Positions 22,901 through 35,372 of a stretch of 64,000 bases of DNA are shown piece after piece. The translations under genes were made by a program, and so were the position numbers. Every line of letters begins with the position of its first letter. Within the stretch, counting starts at the first letter, position 1. Source of the DNA: Leucoraja erinacea (lineage: Eukaryota); assembly GCF_028641065.1 (NCBI RefSeq), contig NC_073401.1, positions 24,366,001 to 24,430,000 on the forward strand, written 5' to 3'. The notes under the pieces were generated by a model that searched no databases, was not told the DNA's origin, and saw only the letters and a program-made list of their open reading frames with translations.

Positions 22901-24088
22901 ATGCATGGCCAGGCCACATCAGTGTGAGAAATGGGGTGGTGTGAGTGTGGTCTGCGTCACAGAGTGGGAACCATGGGGCCACATTTCCCCCAGTGTTTGT
23001 CAGATGAGGTGACCTGGTGGGTGCCAGAGGGAAGTGGCCGGAATGATGGGAGAGGGCGGTGGTGGTGGTCTCGGGCAACGTGATCATGGTAGAGGCCCCG
23101 GTCAATAAGAGGGGGAGAAAGAGCCCACCTTGCCCAACCACCCTCCGCCAGCTCCACTTTCCAGAGGTTATTTGATGGGCTGGGTGGTCATCGCGGCATG
23201 GATGGCCACAGAGCAGATGCTATTACATGGGGTTAGTGTGGTTGGCATGGGCATGGTGGGCCGAAGGGTCTGTTTCTGAGCTACATGACTCTATGAAACG
23301 GGCCACAGCTACTTTCAGATTGTGTTCCAGGGGAAGGGACTTACAAACCAGAATTTGCTGTCATTGGGAGGAAGATTGAAGTGATCCAGTTCTTAAGCTT
23401 CAGGGTGGCACGGATTGGGTGACCAGGGAACGGAATAAGGAGTGTTGGATCGAAATGGGATTCATGTTCATAAGTTCATTAGTGATAGGAGCAGAATTAG
23501 GCAGTTCGACCCATCAAGTCTCCCCCGCCATCCAATCATGGCTGATCTATATTTCCCCCTCAACCCCAATCTCCTGCGTTTAAGAAGGAACTGCAGATGC
23601 TTGAAAATCGATGGTTAACAAAAGTGCTGGAGAAACTCAGCGGGTGCAGCAGCATCTATGGAGCGAAGGAAATAGGCAACGTTTCAGCCCGAAATTTTAC
23701 CTATTTCCTTCGCTCCATAGATGCTGCTGACCCGCTGAGTTTCTCCAGCACTTTTGTCCACTTCCCATTCTCCTGCCTTCTGCCCATAACCCCTGACACC
23801 CTGACGTACTAATCAAGAGTCTATATATCTCTGCCTTAAAAACATCCACTGACTTGGCCTCCACAGCCGTCAGTGGCAACGAATTCCACAGATTACCCAT
23901 TACATTAACGCAGTAAATTTGGGGAGCGGGGTTGATGAGAGTTCCTGGGGATAAACTACAAGATGTTGAGAAGTGTGGATATCTAATCTTGTGATGTGGA
24001 CTCGATAAGAAGAACTACAAGACACAATTAGAAGGGAACTATTTGCTGTACAATGTGTAGCCTGTAAGCACATGGCCACATGGAGCTG

Positions 24089-24207
24089 CTAGTGACACAG
24101 CGACTGGTCCATGTCCTTGAAGTCAGGATTATACTTTGCTTTGGAGAAGCAAATGGCTGCCTTGCGATCGCACTCACAGATAAACATCTCACACTTGTCA
24201 TTTTTGC
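24089..24207 (-). CDS. PLA2G1B: PLA2 copy D exon 4 (coding part)
   Basis: [16 protein letters not shown]; TAG at 24089-24091. Confidence 0.93.
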
Positions 24208-27200
24208 CTGAGGAAACAAAAGGCAGGTGAAAATTGTCAAAGATGCATTCGAGCAAAAATTACCAAACTTTTTATATCATATTATATAAAATATAATGTT
24301 CTAGTTTTCACAATGTTTGTGGGAAACCTGCAGTAACTTTGGCATGACAGTGTTCGCATAGTTTAAAGTGAAAATGGTGAATCCTTTGCTAGTAATTTCC
24401 TCGAGGATGGACACAAAATGCTGGAGTAACTCAGCAGGGCCAGGCAGCATCTCTGGAGAGAAGGAATGGGAGACCATTCTTCAGCCGAAACGACACCCAT
24501 TCCTTCTATCCAGAGATGCTGCCTGTCCCGCTGAGTTGCTCCAGCATTTTGTGGTTGTCTTTGGTTTAAACCAGCATCTGCAGCTCCTTCCTACACATTC
24601 CTAGTAATTTTCTCCTCGTATACAAACCTTGTTTTACAGCCTCAAGTTTCATCGGTTGAAATCAGAAATCTGACAGTTTAACTCATCTCAATATCAACTA
24701 CCTGTTAAAATACGTTGTAACCTGAACTATACGGTTAATTATTCAATTGTGTAGAATCTCTAAATTTCTGCCGAACAAATACTATGACCCTAAAAAAACT
24801 GATTATTATCATTATTCTCTCATATCTATTAGAAAAGTTAATTTGTGAAGTAATGAAATATATCTTTATTATAATACATTATAACATTTCATATTAATGG
24901 ATTAATTTATAGGTGCAACATGGAAACAGGCCCTTTGAAAACTAATCTAAACAACTAAACTAAACTACTAATCTAATCTAAACTAAACTAATCTAAACTA
25001 CTAAACTAATCTGATCTAATCTAAACTAAACTAAACTAAACTACTAAACTAATCTAAACTAAACTACTAAACTAATCTAAACTAATCTGATCTAATCTAA
25101 ACTANNNNNNNNNNNNNNNNNNNNNNNNNNNNNNNNNNNNNNNNNNNNNNNNNNNNNNNNNNNNNNNNNNNNNNNNNNNNNNNNNNNNNNNNNNNNNNNN
25201 NNNNNNNNNNNNNNNNNNNNNNNNNNNNNNNNNNNNNNNNNNNNNNNNNNNNNNNNNNNNNNNNNNAGATTAAACTAAACGACTATACTAGTTGATACTA
25301 AACTGAACTAACTAATACAGGTGTGTCCCATACTCACTGCTGCAGGTGACTGAGTTACTGGAGCAGGTGTAGGTGTAGATCTCGGTGTAAGGGTTGTCAA
25401 AGATTGGCCAGCACTCCTCCACGTTTGTGGCTTCCGTGTAACAATTGTCGTGAATCTGACAGCACCTGCAAAAGCATTGGTCACATTAGGAAACTGCCGC
25501 TCAGAGAACAGCTCGGGGGATAGCTTTCAGCTCAACACACGTAACAATCACAAGAACCACCGGCAGCATGAGCCAGCATCTGAAGAGGGACAAGGACGTG
25601 AGGAGCGTGGGGAGGGTGAAGCGGGATAATGCCTCCTGTGCCTTCAAGCTCGGCTACAGGAGGTGCCCCTGGGACACAAAGATGGCCGGGCGAGGGGAGG
25701 GGAGGGGAGGAGAGGAGGGGGACATCAACTAAAACTAAAACATTTGTCCCCTCAGCCCAATTTTTGATTGTGGTCAGCAACAACCAGTAGCTCACTGCTC
25801 ACAGGTTGTGAAAGACCACACTTTGCCTTTTGTCTGATAACCAATTTTACTTTAGATAAGTTTAATTTAGAGATACAATGTGAAACCTGGCCCTTTGGCC
25901 AGAGATCCCTGCACACCAACACTATCCTATACACACTAGGGGCAAGTTACACTTATACCGAGCCAATTAACCTACAAACCTGTCGCCTTTGGCATGTGGG
26001 AGGAAACCGAAGCTCTCGGAGAAAACCCACGCGGTCACAGGGAGAACGTACACACTCGGTACAGACAGCACCCGTGGTCGGGATCGAACCCGGGCCTCTG
26101 GTGCTGTAAGCGCTGTAAGGCAGCAACTCTGCTGCTGCGCCACCGTGCCGTCCGGCTTGGAGGAACTCGATTAGATGCACCACTCTGCCACTCGCATGTC
26201 CCGTAAAATTACTCTGGCTCAAAGCTGGACATGACCTCCAACAGTTGACAAATGGCTTGGAAGAGACACCTTCTTTCATCCTAAGCAATCTTGTCATCCT
26301 TTGTCCACAAGGATGGACAAATACACTTCACCCAGTACATCAACCACACCTCCACACGATGATGGTGATGAATGGTGTTAACAAGGGCCGCCTCTCGTCA
26401 ACGTCTATGTCTTGTCTCCACCCCCCACCTACCTGTCCAGCTCATCCATCGGAGTCCCGGAGCCACCGTATCCGCAGTAACAGCCGTAGTCGTTGAATGT
26501 CTGCAGTGGGCTGCTGCCGGGAATGGTGCATTTAATCACCCCACGGAACTGCACGAGGCTCCTGGAGGTCATGGAACCGCCCTCTGCACCAGCTACACCA
26601 GGGGAAGGGGAAGAACAGGCAAGTTAGCAGATGAGACCATCAGTCGGGGTGTTTAGTATAGACATTGGGAGGTCCCCTGACTCTCAGTCTGACCAGGGGT
26701 CTCCACCCAAAACGTCACCCATTCCTTCTCTCCAGAGAAGCTGCCTGTCCTACTGAGTTACTCCAGCATTTTGTGTTCATCTTTGGTGTAAACCAGCATC
26801 TGCAGTTCCCTTCTTACACAGATGGGAGGTCATGTTGCACTTGTATAAGATGTTGGTGATCCCGCATTTAGAGTATTGTGTTCAGTTCTGGGCACCATGT
26901 TATAGGAAATATGCTGTCAAGCTGGAAAGGGTGCAGAGAAGATTCATGAAGATGTTGCCAGGACCCGAGGGTCTGAGCTATAGGGCGAGGTTGAGCAGGC
27001 TGGGACTCCCTGGAGCGCAGGAGGATGAGGGGGAATCTTATAGAGGTGTATATAATCATGAGAGAAATTGATCAGGTAAATGCATAAAGTCTTTTGCTGA
27101 TAGGAGGTTCGAGAACTAGAGGACATGGGTTTAAAGCGAGGGGGGACAGGTTTAGCAGGAATCTGAGGGGTCACCTTGTCACACGTTGGGTGGTGGGTGT

Positions 27201-27444
27201 ATGGAACGAGCTGCCAGAGCAGGTAGTTGAGGCTGGGACTATCGCAACGTTTAAGAATTAGACAGGTATATGGATAGGACAGGTTTAGAAGCTTATGTAG
27301 GTGGAGCAGGTTGGTCGATGTGGGCTGAAGGGCCTGTTTCCACGGCGTATGACTCTCTGACCTGTAACCAACATCCAAGGCAAGGCTGAGGCGGGGGAGA
27401 GACTCGTTACCTGAGAGAAGAAGCACCAGAAGTAGCCCCAACAT
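24089..27444 (-). CDS. PLA2G1B: Pancreatic-type phospholipase A2 group IB, copy D (146 aa, acidic); complement(join(24089..24207,25338..25465,26433..26592,27411..27444))
   Basis: Exons 34/160/128/119 nt; [22 protein letters not shown]|[124 protein letters not shown]; full pancreatic loop, Y69; same strand as and immediately downstream of MSI1. Confidence 0.95.
24940..25315. repeat. (CTAAA/CTAAT)n microsatellite with assembly gap 25105-25266
   Basis: Direct inspection. Confidence 0.9.
25338..25465 (-). CDS. PLA2G1B: PLA2 copy D exon 3
   Basis: CCQIHDNCY...[10 protein letters not shown]. Confidence 0.95.
25868..26152 (-). mobile_element. tRNA-derived SINE (abundant family in this window)
   Basis: Head GGCACGGTGGCGCAGC (A box) ... 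GGTTCGATCCC (B box); dozens of related copies throughout. Confidence 0.8.
26433..26592 (-). CDS. PLA2G1B: PLA2 copy D exon 2
   Basis: [19 protein letters not shown]. Confidence 0.95.
26820..27362 (+). mobile_element. Degraded CR1 3' fragment in copy D intron 1
   Basis: [19 protein letters not shown]...KLERVQRRF. Confidence 0.8.
27411..27444 (-). CDS. PLA2G1B: PLA2 copy D exon 1
   Basis: [11 protein letters not shown]; CTCAG|gtaacg. Confidence 0.92.
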
Positions 27445-27498
27445 CTTAGTTTGCTGTGTCTAGTCCTGGAATCAATACTCTGAATGCTCAGCCCATGC

Positions 27499-27606
27499 TT
27501 TTTATAGTCAGCCTCGACCAACGTCCAGGTTCAGTCCCACGGATCACGTCATGGCATCTGATAACGTGGATAAGATAAAGGCTAAACTTTCCTATTGATA
27601 CAGCTG
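27499..27606 (-). promoter_or_regulatory. PLA2 copy D promoter (TATA 27499-27506; TGACGTGA, CAGATG, GATA, CAGCTG)
   Basis: Same motif series as copies A-C. Confidence 0.75.
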
Positions 27607-29264
27607 GGGTGAGTTTGACTGGGCAGGGCTGGGCTGGAGAAAACAAACTGCTCAGGTCAGCTTCCGACTCTTCCTGCTGGACGCAGGGTGGGAGAGGTCA
27701 GGCGTCCAGTCAGGTGGCCGTCAGCTTATAGAAGTGTGAAAACGCACACCTCCTGATACGGGGACAGTTTCTTCCCAGCTGCTATCAGGCAACTGAACCA
27801 TCCTATCACCAACTAGAGAGCAGTCTTGAGCTACTATCTACCTCATTGGAGATCTTTGATCCGACTTTATTTTATTTTAGTCTAGTTTAAAGATACAGCG
27901 CGTAAACAGGCCCTTCGGCCCACCGAGTTCGTACCGACCAGTGATTCCCGCACACACCAGGGACAATTTTTTATTTATACCAAACCAATTAACCTACAAG
28001 CAGTCACGGTGAGAACGTGCAAACTCCATACAGGCAGCACCCATAGTCGGGATCGAAACCGGGTCTCTGGCGCTGTAAGGCAGCAACTCTACCGCTGTGG
28101 CACCGTGCCGGTATCATATTGCACTGAATGTTATTCATGTTATTCCCTTCATCACGTATCGGTTCACCGTGGACGGCTCGATTGTAATCATGTGTTGTCT
28201 TTCTGCTGACTGGTCAGCGTGCAACAAAAACGTTTCACTGTACCTTGCTATTCGTGACACTGAACTAGACTCAGAACTCAGTCAATCTGGGCTTACACGA
28301 AGGAGGTGCAGGCATGGGCGGGTGCGTGTGGATTTGTAGACAACCCCCAGAGAGAGAAGAATACCGAAGGAGAAATATTGCAACGGTTGACAGGAATCAG
28401 CACATTATTCCCAAGTCAAAATGTCTGGGTTTTTTCACGTATTAAATTATAAACAATAGACAATAGCCAATAGGTGCAGGAGTAGGCCATTCGGCCCTTT
28501 GAGCCAGCACCGCCATTCAATGTGATCATGGCTGATCATCCACAATCAGTACCCCGTTCCTGCCTTCTCCCCATATCCCCTGACTCCGCCATCTTTAAGA
28601 GCCCTATCAAGCTCTCTCTTGAAAGCATCTAGAGAACCGGCCTCCACCACCCTCTGGGGCAGAGAATTCCACAGACTCACAACTCTCTGTGTGAAAAAAA
28701 TCCTGGCATTCCAAGTTGACTGCAAGACCATTAACCGCAGTAATCATTGATGTGAGATATATGTTGTTACATATTAATTCAGTCTGGGCTTTTTTTGGAC
28801 TCAGAGGCCAGGAAAACATGTGTTTCCTTTCACACCGCAATTATAATTTACCTCATAGTGTGGGATTCACGTCTATTTTTCCACTTAATTTCTCAACACC
28901 TCCTACAGTTTTCTTAATGTTAAAGAACTTCTTGGGTGAATAAACTATTGAATTATAATTCAGAAGCCTGGAACAACAATCTAGAAAGCAGAGTTCAAAT
29001 CCCACTACAGCAGTTGCGGAATTTAAAATGGATTCATAATAAAGGTTTTATTTTTTAAAAGATCGCTTCTGGTTCACTCCTCTCCTTCAGGGCAGTGAGG
29101 TTTACAAACATTGCTTAGACTTTAGAGATACAGCGCTGAAACAGGCCCTTCGGCCCATCGAGTCCGTGCCAATGGCTCTGAAAAGAAGTGAGGAAGAGGC
29201 ATAGGCTGTTGTGTGATTTCTCAAATCCCTTTGGCCATAGATGCAGCGTCAGAGCTTTGAACGA

Positions 29265-29674
29265 CTGCGCTTCCTTCATACACACACTCTTTGTTTGACT
29301 ACTCAGAAGTTCAACAAAGTATGGCTGGTATGACCATCTCTCAGCTAAACCTTGCAGAAACAACGAACTGCAGATGCTGGTTAATACACAAAAAGATGCA
29401 AAGTACTGGAGTAACTCAGCGGGTCAGGCAGCATCTCTGGAGAACATTGATAGGTCGAAAACCATCTTCAGACCCGAGACGTCACCTGTCCATGTTCTCC
29501 AGAGCCGCTGCCTGACCCTCTGAGTTACTCCAGCACTTTGCGTCTTTTTGTGTATTAACCAGCATCTGCGGTTCTTTGTTTTTGCAAGGTTTAGCTGAGA
29601 GATGGTCATATCAGCCTTGCTTTGTTGAACTTCTGAGGAGGTAAATGAAGGGTGTGTGTACGAAGGAACTGCAG
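29265..29674. repeat. Imperfect palindrome, ~190-bp arms
   Basis: CTCAGAAGTTCAACAAAG...GACCATCTCTCAGCTAAACCTTGCA mirrored by TGCAAGGTTTAGCTGAGAGATGGTC...CTTTGTTGAACTTCTGAG. Confidence 0.85.
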
Positions 29675-31911
29675 GTGCTGGTTTACACCGAAGATGGACA
29701 CAAAATGCTGGAGTAACTCAGCAGTACAGGCAGCATCCCTGGAGTAAAACAATCAGTGACGTTTCAGGTCGAGACTCTTCTTCAGACTGAGAGTCAGTGA
29801 GGAGGCTACATCAAACTCTCTATCTTCAAACAACGAGTGTGAATGAGGACGGAGAATTTGATGTGGGTTTCAGCAAAACTTTGACAAAGTTACATGTGGT
29901 AGATCAAAAAAGTAAAAGCCCAAAGGATTCAAAGTAAAAAGTCATTTGGATTATACATTGTGGTGGAAATCCTGTCTGCCTTCGTTATCACATTATCCAC
30001 CTGCACTCACTTTCAAACCTGTGTGAATTTGTACCCCAAGACCTCGCTGTTCAACGACATTCCCTCAGGTCTTACCCGTTCACCATGTACGTCCTATCTT
30101 TGTTTGCCTTCACCACAAGCGGGTCAGGGTGATTGACACAAAATGTTGGGGTAACTCAGTGGGACACAGAGAGTGGTGAACTCTCTGCCACAGAAGGCAG
30201 TTGAGGCCAGTTCATTGGCTATATTTAAGAGGGAGTTGGATGTGGCCCTTGTGGCTAAAGGGATCAGGGGGTATGGAGAGAAGGCAGGTACAGGATACTG
30301 AGTTGGATGATCAGCCATGAATGATCATATTGAATGGCGGTGCAGGCTCGAAGGGCCGAATGGCCTACTCCTGCACCTATTTTCTATGTTTCTATGACAG
30401 GCAGCATCTCTGGTTAGAAGGAACTATTCCACTATTTCCTTGATCTTCGTCACTTTTAATCTCTCCTTCTGACACCTTCCCCTTCCATATCCCTCATTTC
30501 TCTCTCCCCTGACTCTCAGTCTGAATAAGGGTCTCGACCTGAAACGTCACCTCTCCAGAGATGCTGCCTGGCCCGCTGAGTTACTCCAGCATCTTTGGTG
30601 TTAACCAGCACCTGCAGTTCCATCGCACACGTGGGGTCAGGATTAAGTTCCAGTTGCCGCTGCCAACTTTCCAGCTACTCGATATCAGGCAGTAGACGTC
30701 AACAACCTTCATCACTATCTACAGCACCACCGACTTTGGCATCCTCTGCAAATGTTGCGTACTTCTATCAAGTCTCCGCCCCGGGCTCCAGTGCTCCACA
30801 GAGAGTTTGTCCAACCTCTCCCTCGAACTAACACCCTCTAATTCAGGCAGAGCCAGGCCTACCCTCTAATCTTGGAGACACAAGGAACTGCAGATGCTGG
30901 AATCTCGAGCAAAACGCAAAGTGCTGGAGGAACAGCAAAAGACAATAGGTGCAGGAGTAGGCCATTCGGCCCTTCGAGACAGCACCGCCATTCAATGTGA
31001 CCGTGGCTGATCATCCCCAATCAGTACCCCGTTCCTGCTTTCTCCCCATATCCCCTGACTCCACTATTTTTAAGAGCCCTATCTAGCTCTCTTGAAAGCA
31101 TCCAGAGAACCTGCCTCCACCGCTCTCTGAGGCAGAGAATTCTACAGCAGAAGAGGCAGCATCAGTGGAGGAAATGGACAGGATGCTTTTTTACCCTCTA
31201 ACCTGTCCCAGTTCCTGTATTGGGTCCAAATTTCATCAAGGTGCACCTGATTATTCTAGTTTTAGAGATGGTTTTAGAGATACAGCATGGAAACAGGCCC
31301 CTTTGGCACCGAATCCATGCCGGCCATCAGTCACCCATACACTAGTTCTATGTCCTACACAACACACTAGGTGTCATTTACAGAAGTCAACTAACCTACA
31401 AACCTGCACGTCTTTGGAATGCGGGAGGAAACCGGAGCACACAGGAAAAACCCACGCGGTCACGGGGAGAACGTACAAACTCCCTACAGACAGCACCTGG
31501 AGTCAGGATTGAACCTGGGTCTCTGTAAGGCAGCAACCGTACCTCTGCGCCACCGTGCCGCCTTATTGTGTTGCCAGTATCTCCCCTATTCACATTAACC
31601 CAACCATACATGATGGGGCTGAACCTATCAGGATACATTGAGATGGCAACTGGAGATCCATTGAACAGGCATTCCTGTATCTGCTGAAAGCCGCCTATAG
31701 TTAATGGGGGAACATGTCTCACATCGGGGCAACCACTGGTGGAGCTTTCAACACAACAGAAAAATGAAGGCTATTGGATCACAAGCTACCGATGAGCAGC
31801 AACACCTATGAGTTGCTGACAGCCAGCTTAGCGAATGACATGGGACCTCGGAGATTAGAAGAACCTATTGATTTTCCATTCTATATATAAACGTTATCAT
31901 TTAAAGTCCTT

Positions 31912-32242
31912 GGGACGGCATGGTGGCTCACAGCGGAGTTTTGCTGCATTACAGTGCCAGAGACCCAGGTTCGATCCTGACTACGGGTGCTGTCTGTACG
32001 GAATTTATACGTTCTCCCCGTGACTGCGTGGGTTTTCTCCGAGATCTTCGGTTTCCTCTCACACTCCAAAGTCGTAGGTTAATTAGTTTGTAGGTTAATT
32101 GGCTTCAGTAAAATTGTAAAACTATCCCTCGTGTGTGTGTGTGTGTGTGTGTGTAGGATAGTGCTAGTGTGCGGGGATCGCTGGTCGGCGTGGACTGGAT
32201 GGGCCGAAAGGCCTGTTTCCACGTTGTATTTCTAAACTAAAC
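31912..32242 (+). mobile_element. tRNA-derived SINE
   Basis: Pol III box-like head, shared core, CTAAA tail. Confidence 0.8.
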
Positions 32243-32760
32243 ATTGGTGAGAATGTGCATAATCCTACGTTTGTTAATATCAAACACTGATGCCCCCATA
32301 TAAATAGTTCTGATATAAAAACAAAAAACTGCTGGGCAAACCCGGCAGCTTGAACAACATCTGTGGTGAAACAGTCAATGTTTCAGGTCCATGTTTCGGT
32401 TTCCACAGATGCTGCCCGGCCTGCCATGTCCATCCAACATTTTCAGAGTTCTGATGCATGCAGATTAATTTTTTAATTTTCATTGAATATTTCTTACCTG
32501 TTACAGCCGCATAATAAGCATTGAGTCCAGGCAGGGACTTCACCTTTAGTGTAGTTTACTATGACATGGTCTATTTGGATCTTCATAAGGCCATCGATGA
32601 AGTCCTACATAATAAGTTGGTCCTCAAATTGGAGTACATGGGAATGGCATGGATTGAAACAACAAATAGAAGAAGGATAAATGGAAGATAGACGCAGAAT
32701 CATGGAGCAACTCAGGGGGTTGGGCAACATCTCTGGAGAACATGCATCGGTGACGTTTAG

Positions 32761-33170
32761 CAAAGATCCTATAGCGGAGCAAGATAGACCACTCCTTCTA
32801 AATGCAATGGGCTGACATGTAGTACGCAACGGAGCAGAACGTGGGCCTTTTTTTCATCCATTTCAGTAACCCAACCCGACCCGGCCCGACTCGCAGTGTA
32901 ATCAACGTTGCGGGGGAACAGTTTGTGTTAATAAATTAAAATTCTGAAAATGAGGAGAAGATTTTTACCAAATAATAATTTTTTTTACGAGGATGTTCCC
33001 ATAAGCGGCTTCCGTCTCCGCTCTAGTATCTTTGCTCCGCTATGGGATCTTTGGTGGGGAGACGGAAGCCGGTTACGGAAATGGGGCCGAAAATTACCCA
33101 TGAATCTGCCCATGACCCGTACCACGTCTTTTTCCTCGAGTGATCTATCTTGCTCGCTATAGGATCTTTG
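32761..33170. mobile_element. MITE (410 bp), ~34-bp TIRs, 8-bp TSD-like flanks (hAT/P-like)
   Basis: CAAAGATCCTATAGCGGAGCAAGATAGA ... TCTATCTTGCTCGCTATAGGATCTTTG; flanks ACGTTTAG / ACGTTTAA. Confidence 0.85.
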
Positions 33171-33461
33171 ACGTTTAAGGGTCGGGATCCTTCTTCAGAG
33201 GGGGCAGAACGGGAAGCAAGAATAGATCTGGTCGATCCGGGGTTGGCATCGGATGACCTCAGGCAGGGAGGTTCTCTGATAAGCCAATTCATTGTTGGCA
33301 TGGGACGGTAGTGGCTCAGGACTGGGTAGGAAAAAACTGCAGATGCTGGTTTAAATCGAAGAGACCGTCGACACAAAATGCTGGAGTAACTCAGAAGGAC
33401 AGGCAGCATCTCTGGAGAAAAGGAATGGGTGACGTTTCGGGTCGAGGTCCTACTTCAGACT

Positions 33462-33930
33462 GTTGGTGCTAGGATGGTTCAGTTGCCTGATAACAACTGG
33501 GAAGAAACTGTCCCTGAATCTGGAGGTGTGCGTTTTTACACTTCTGTACCTGTTGCCTGATGGGAGAGGGGAGACGGAGAAATGACCAGGGTAAGACTCA
33601 TCCTTGATTATGCTGGTGGCTTTGCCGAGGCAGCGAGAGGTGTAAATGGAGTCAATGGAAGGGAGGTTGATTTGTGCGATGGTCAGGGCTGTGTGCACAA
33701 TTCTCTGTAATTTCTTGCGGTTTGGATGGAGCTGTTCCCAAACCGTGCTGCAATGCATCCCGATAAGGTTGCTTTCAACGGCGCATCTGTAGAAGTTGGC
33801 GAGAGTTGTTGGGGACATGCCCAACTTCCTCAGCCTTCCAAGGAAGAGGCGTTGGTGTGCTTTCTTGTCCATTGCTTTGAAATGGCTAGTCCAGGGCAAG
33901 TTGCTGATGATATTTACTCCTAGGAACTTG
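33462..33930 (-). mobile_element. LINE RT C-terminal fragment (Rex1/L2-like)
   Basis: KFLGVNI...KKAHQRLFL.RLRK...FYRCAVES...RFRDSFFP. Confidence 0.75.
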
Positions 33931-34944
33931 GTTTTCCTGGTGGGGGAAGGGTACCTTTCACAAGGCACAGGCATTCAGGACTGAGATGAGGATTTTTTTT
34001 TTTTACCGAGTGCGATGGACCTGTGGAATTCTCTCCGACAGAAGGTAGTGGTGGCCAAGTCACTGACTATATGCAAGAAGGAGGTAGACCACAAAATACA
34101 TTCAATGGTACATCGGGAGAATGAATTATGGTTTCATGTCAGAAGATGTAATAGCAGTGCCGCTCAAAGGGCCGAATGACCCACTCTGGCCCCTCCTGTC
34201 TGCTTTGTTGACAGTGAAAGTGAGGGGAACTTATTTTCAACAGCATCTTCCATGACCTTATGCCACCCAGTCACAGATCCAGTGGCCACGTGACAGCTGA
34301 GTGCTGGGAGCTGCCAGACTGGTTGCCCCACAGAGCCAGAGACACAGGTTTGATTCTGACCGGGTGCTTGAGTGTAAACACATATAGCCTTGCCCGTGGC
34401 TGGATGGAATGCAACAAAGAAAAAAATGTCTGCACTTTGGTACAAGTGATAAGAAAATTAATTGAAATTTGTACGTTCTCTCTGAGACCACGTAGGTTTC
34501 CTCTTCCTCGGCTCAGCTTCCTCCCACATCCCAAAGACGTGTGGGTTTGTAGATTAATTGTCCTCTGTAAATTGCCCCCTAGTGTGTTGGGAGTGAGATA
34601 ACATGGAACGAGTGTGGGTGGGTGATCAATGGTCAGCATGGACTCAGTTGGCCGGAGGACTTGTTTCAATGCTCTATCTCTACAATAGACTTTGGACGAG
34701 TGTTCCCCATCGATCGATCGCATGTCCTCTCGCCTGCCAGCTTTGAGCGTCGCAGGTACCATCTCTACAGCCAGCTGCCAATGCAGCAAGCCGCAATGTG
34801 GCCCTACTGCAGGGGAGGATTGTCACTCAATGAGCGTATGCTGCAATGGTGGGAGGAGGTTGCAGAGTGTCAGAGTGGATGGCAGGGGAACAGTGTACAC
34901 ACTTGGAGCACGCATCAGGTGAGCGATGCATCTCGAGTGGACAT

Positions 34945-35260
34945 TTAGTTTAGTTTCGTTTAGAGATACAGCGCAGAAACAGGCCCTTCAGCCTATCTGA
35001 GTCCGTGCCGACCAGCGATCCCCGCACACTAACACTATCCTACACACACTCGGGACAAATTACAATTTACCGAAGCAAATCAGCCTACAAACCTGGATGT
35101 CTTTTTGGAGAGTGGGAGGAAACCGGAGCACCCGGGGAAAACCCATGCAGGTCAGGGGGAGAACGTACAAACTCCTTACAGACAGCACCTACAGCCGGGA
35201 TCGAACCCAGGTCTCTGGCGCTGTGAGGCAGCAACTCTGGCGCTGCGCCACCGTGCCGCC
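34945..35260 (-). mobile_element. tRNA-derived SINE
   Basis: Full head-to-tail copy of the common family. Confidence 0.8.
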
Positions 35261-35366
35261 CCAAAGTCCTGGCCAGTTCACCGATTTCAGACCCGCTGAT
35301 CCGAAACAATGGAAAGGGAGGCAGCGGACAGAAGACACTAGGAGACGCACAGAAAGTTTCAAATAA

Positions 35367-35372
35367 TTTATT
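35367..35372 (-). terminator. Polyadenylation signal AATAAA of MSI1
   Basis: - strand: cctAATAAAttatttgaaactttctgtgcgtctcctagtgtcttctgt. Confidence 0.65.

Larger units (their letters stand above)
15538..23182 (+). repeat. Segmental duplication unit 2 (carries PLA2 copy C)
   Basis: Direct copy of 5827-12047 plus two unit-specific insertions (16731-17768, 21523-21941). Confidence 0.93.

Noticed and set aside
5827-23182. Units 1 and 2 as falsely duplicated alleles
   Set aside because: Unit-specific TE insertions, distinct indels, ~40 amino-acid differences and a third inverted copy with structured junctions favour true paralogy; not fully excludable without reads
24400-24600. Recurrent GATGCTGCC...GAGTTACTCCAGCA repeats as a CRISPR array
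   Set aside because: Eukaryotic dispersed repeat in inverted pairs; no regular spacers or cas genes
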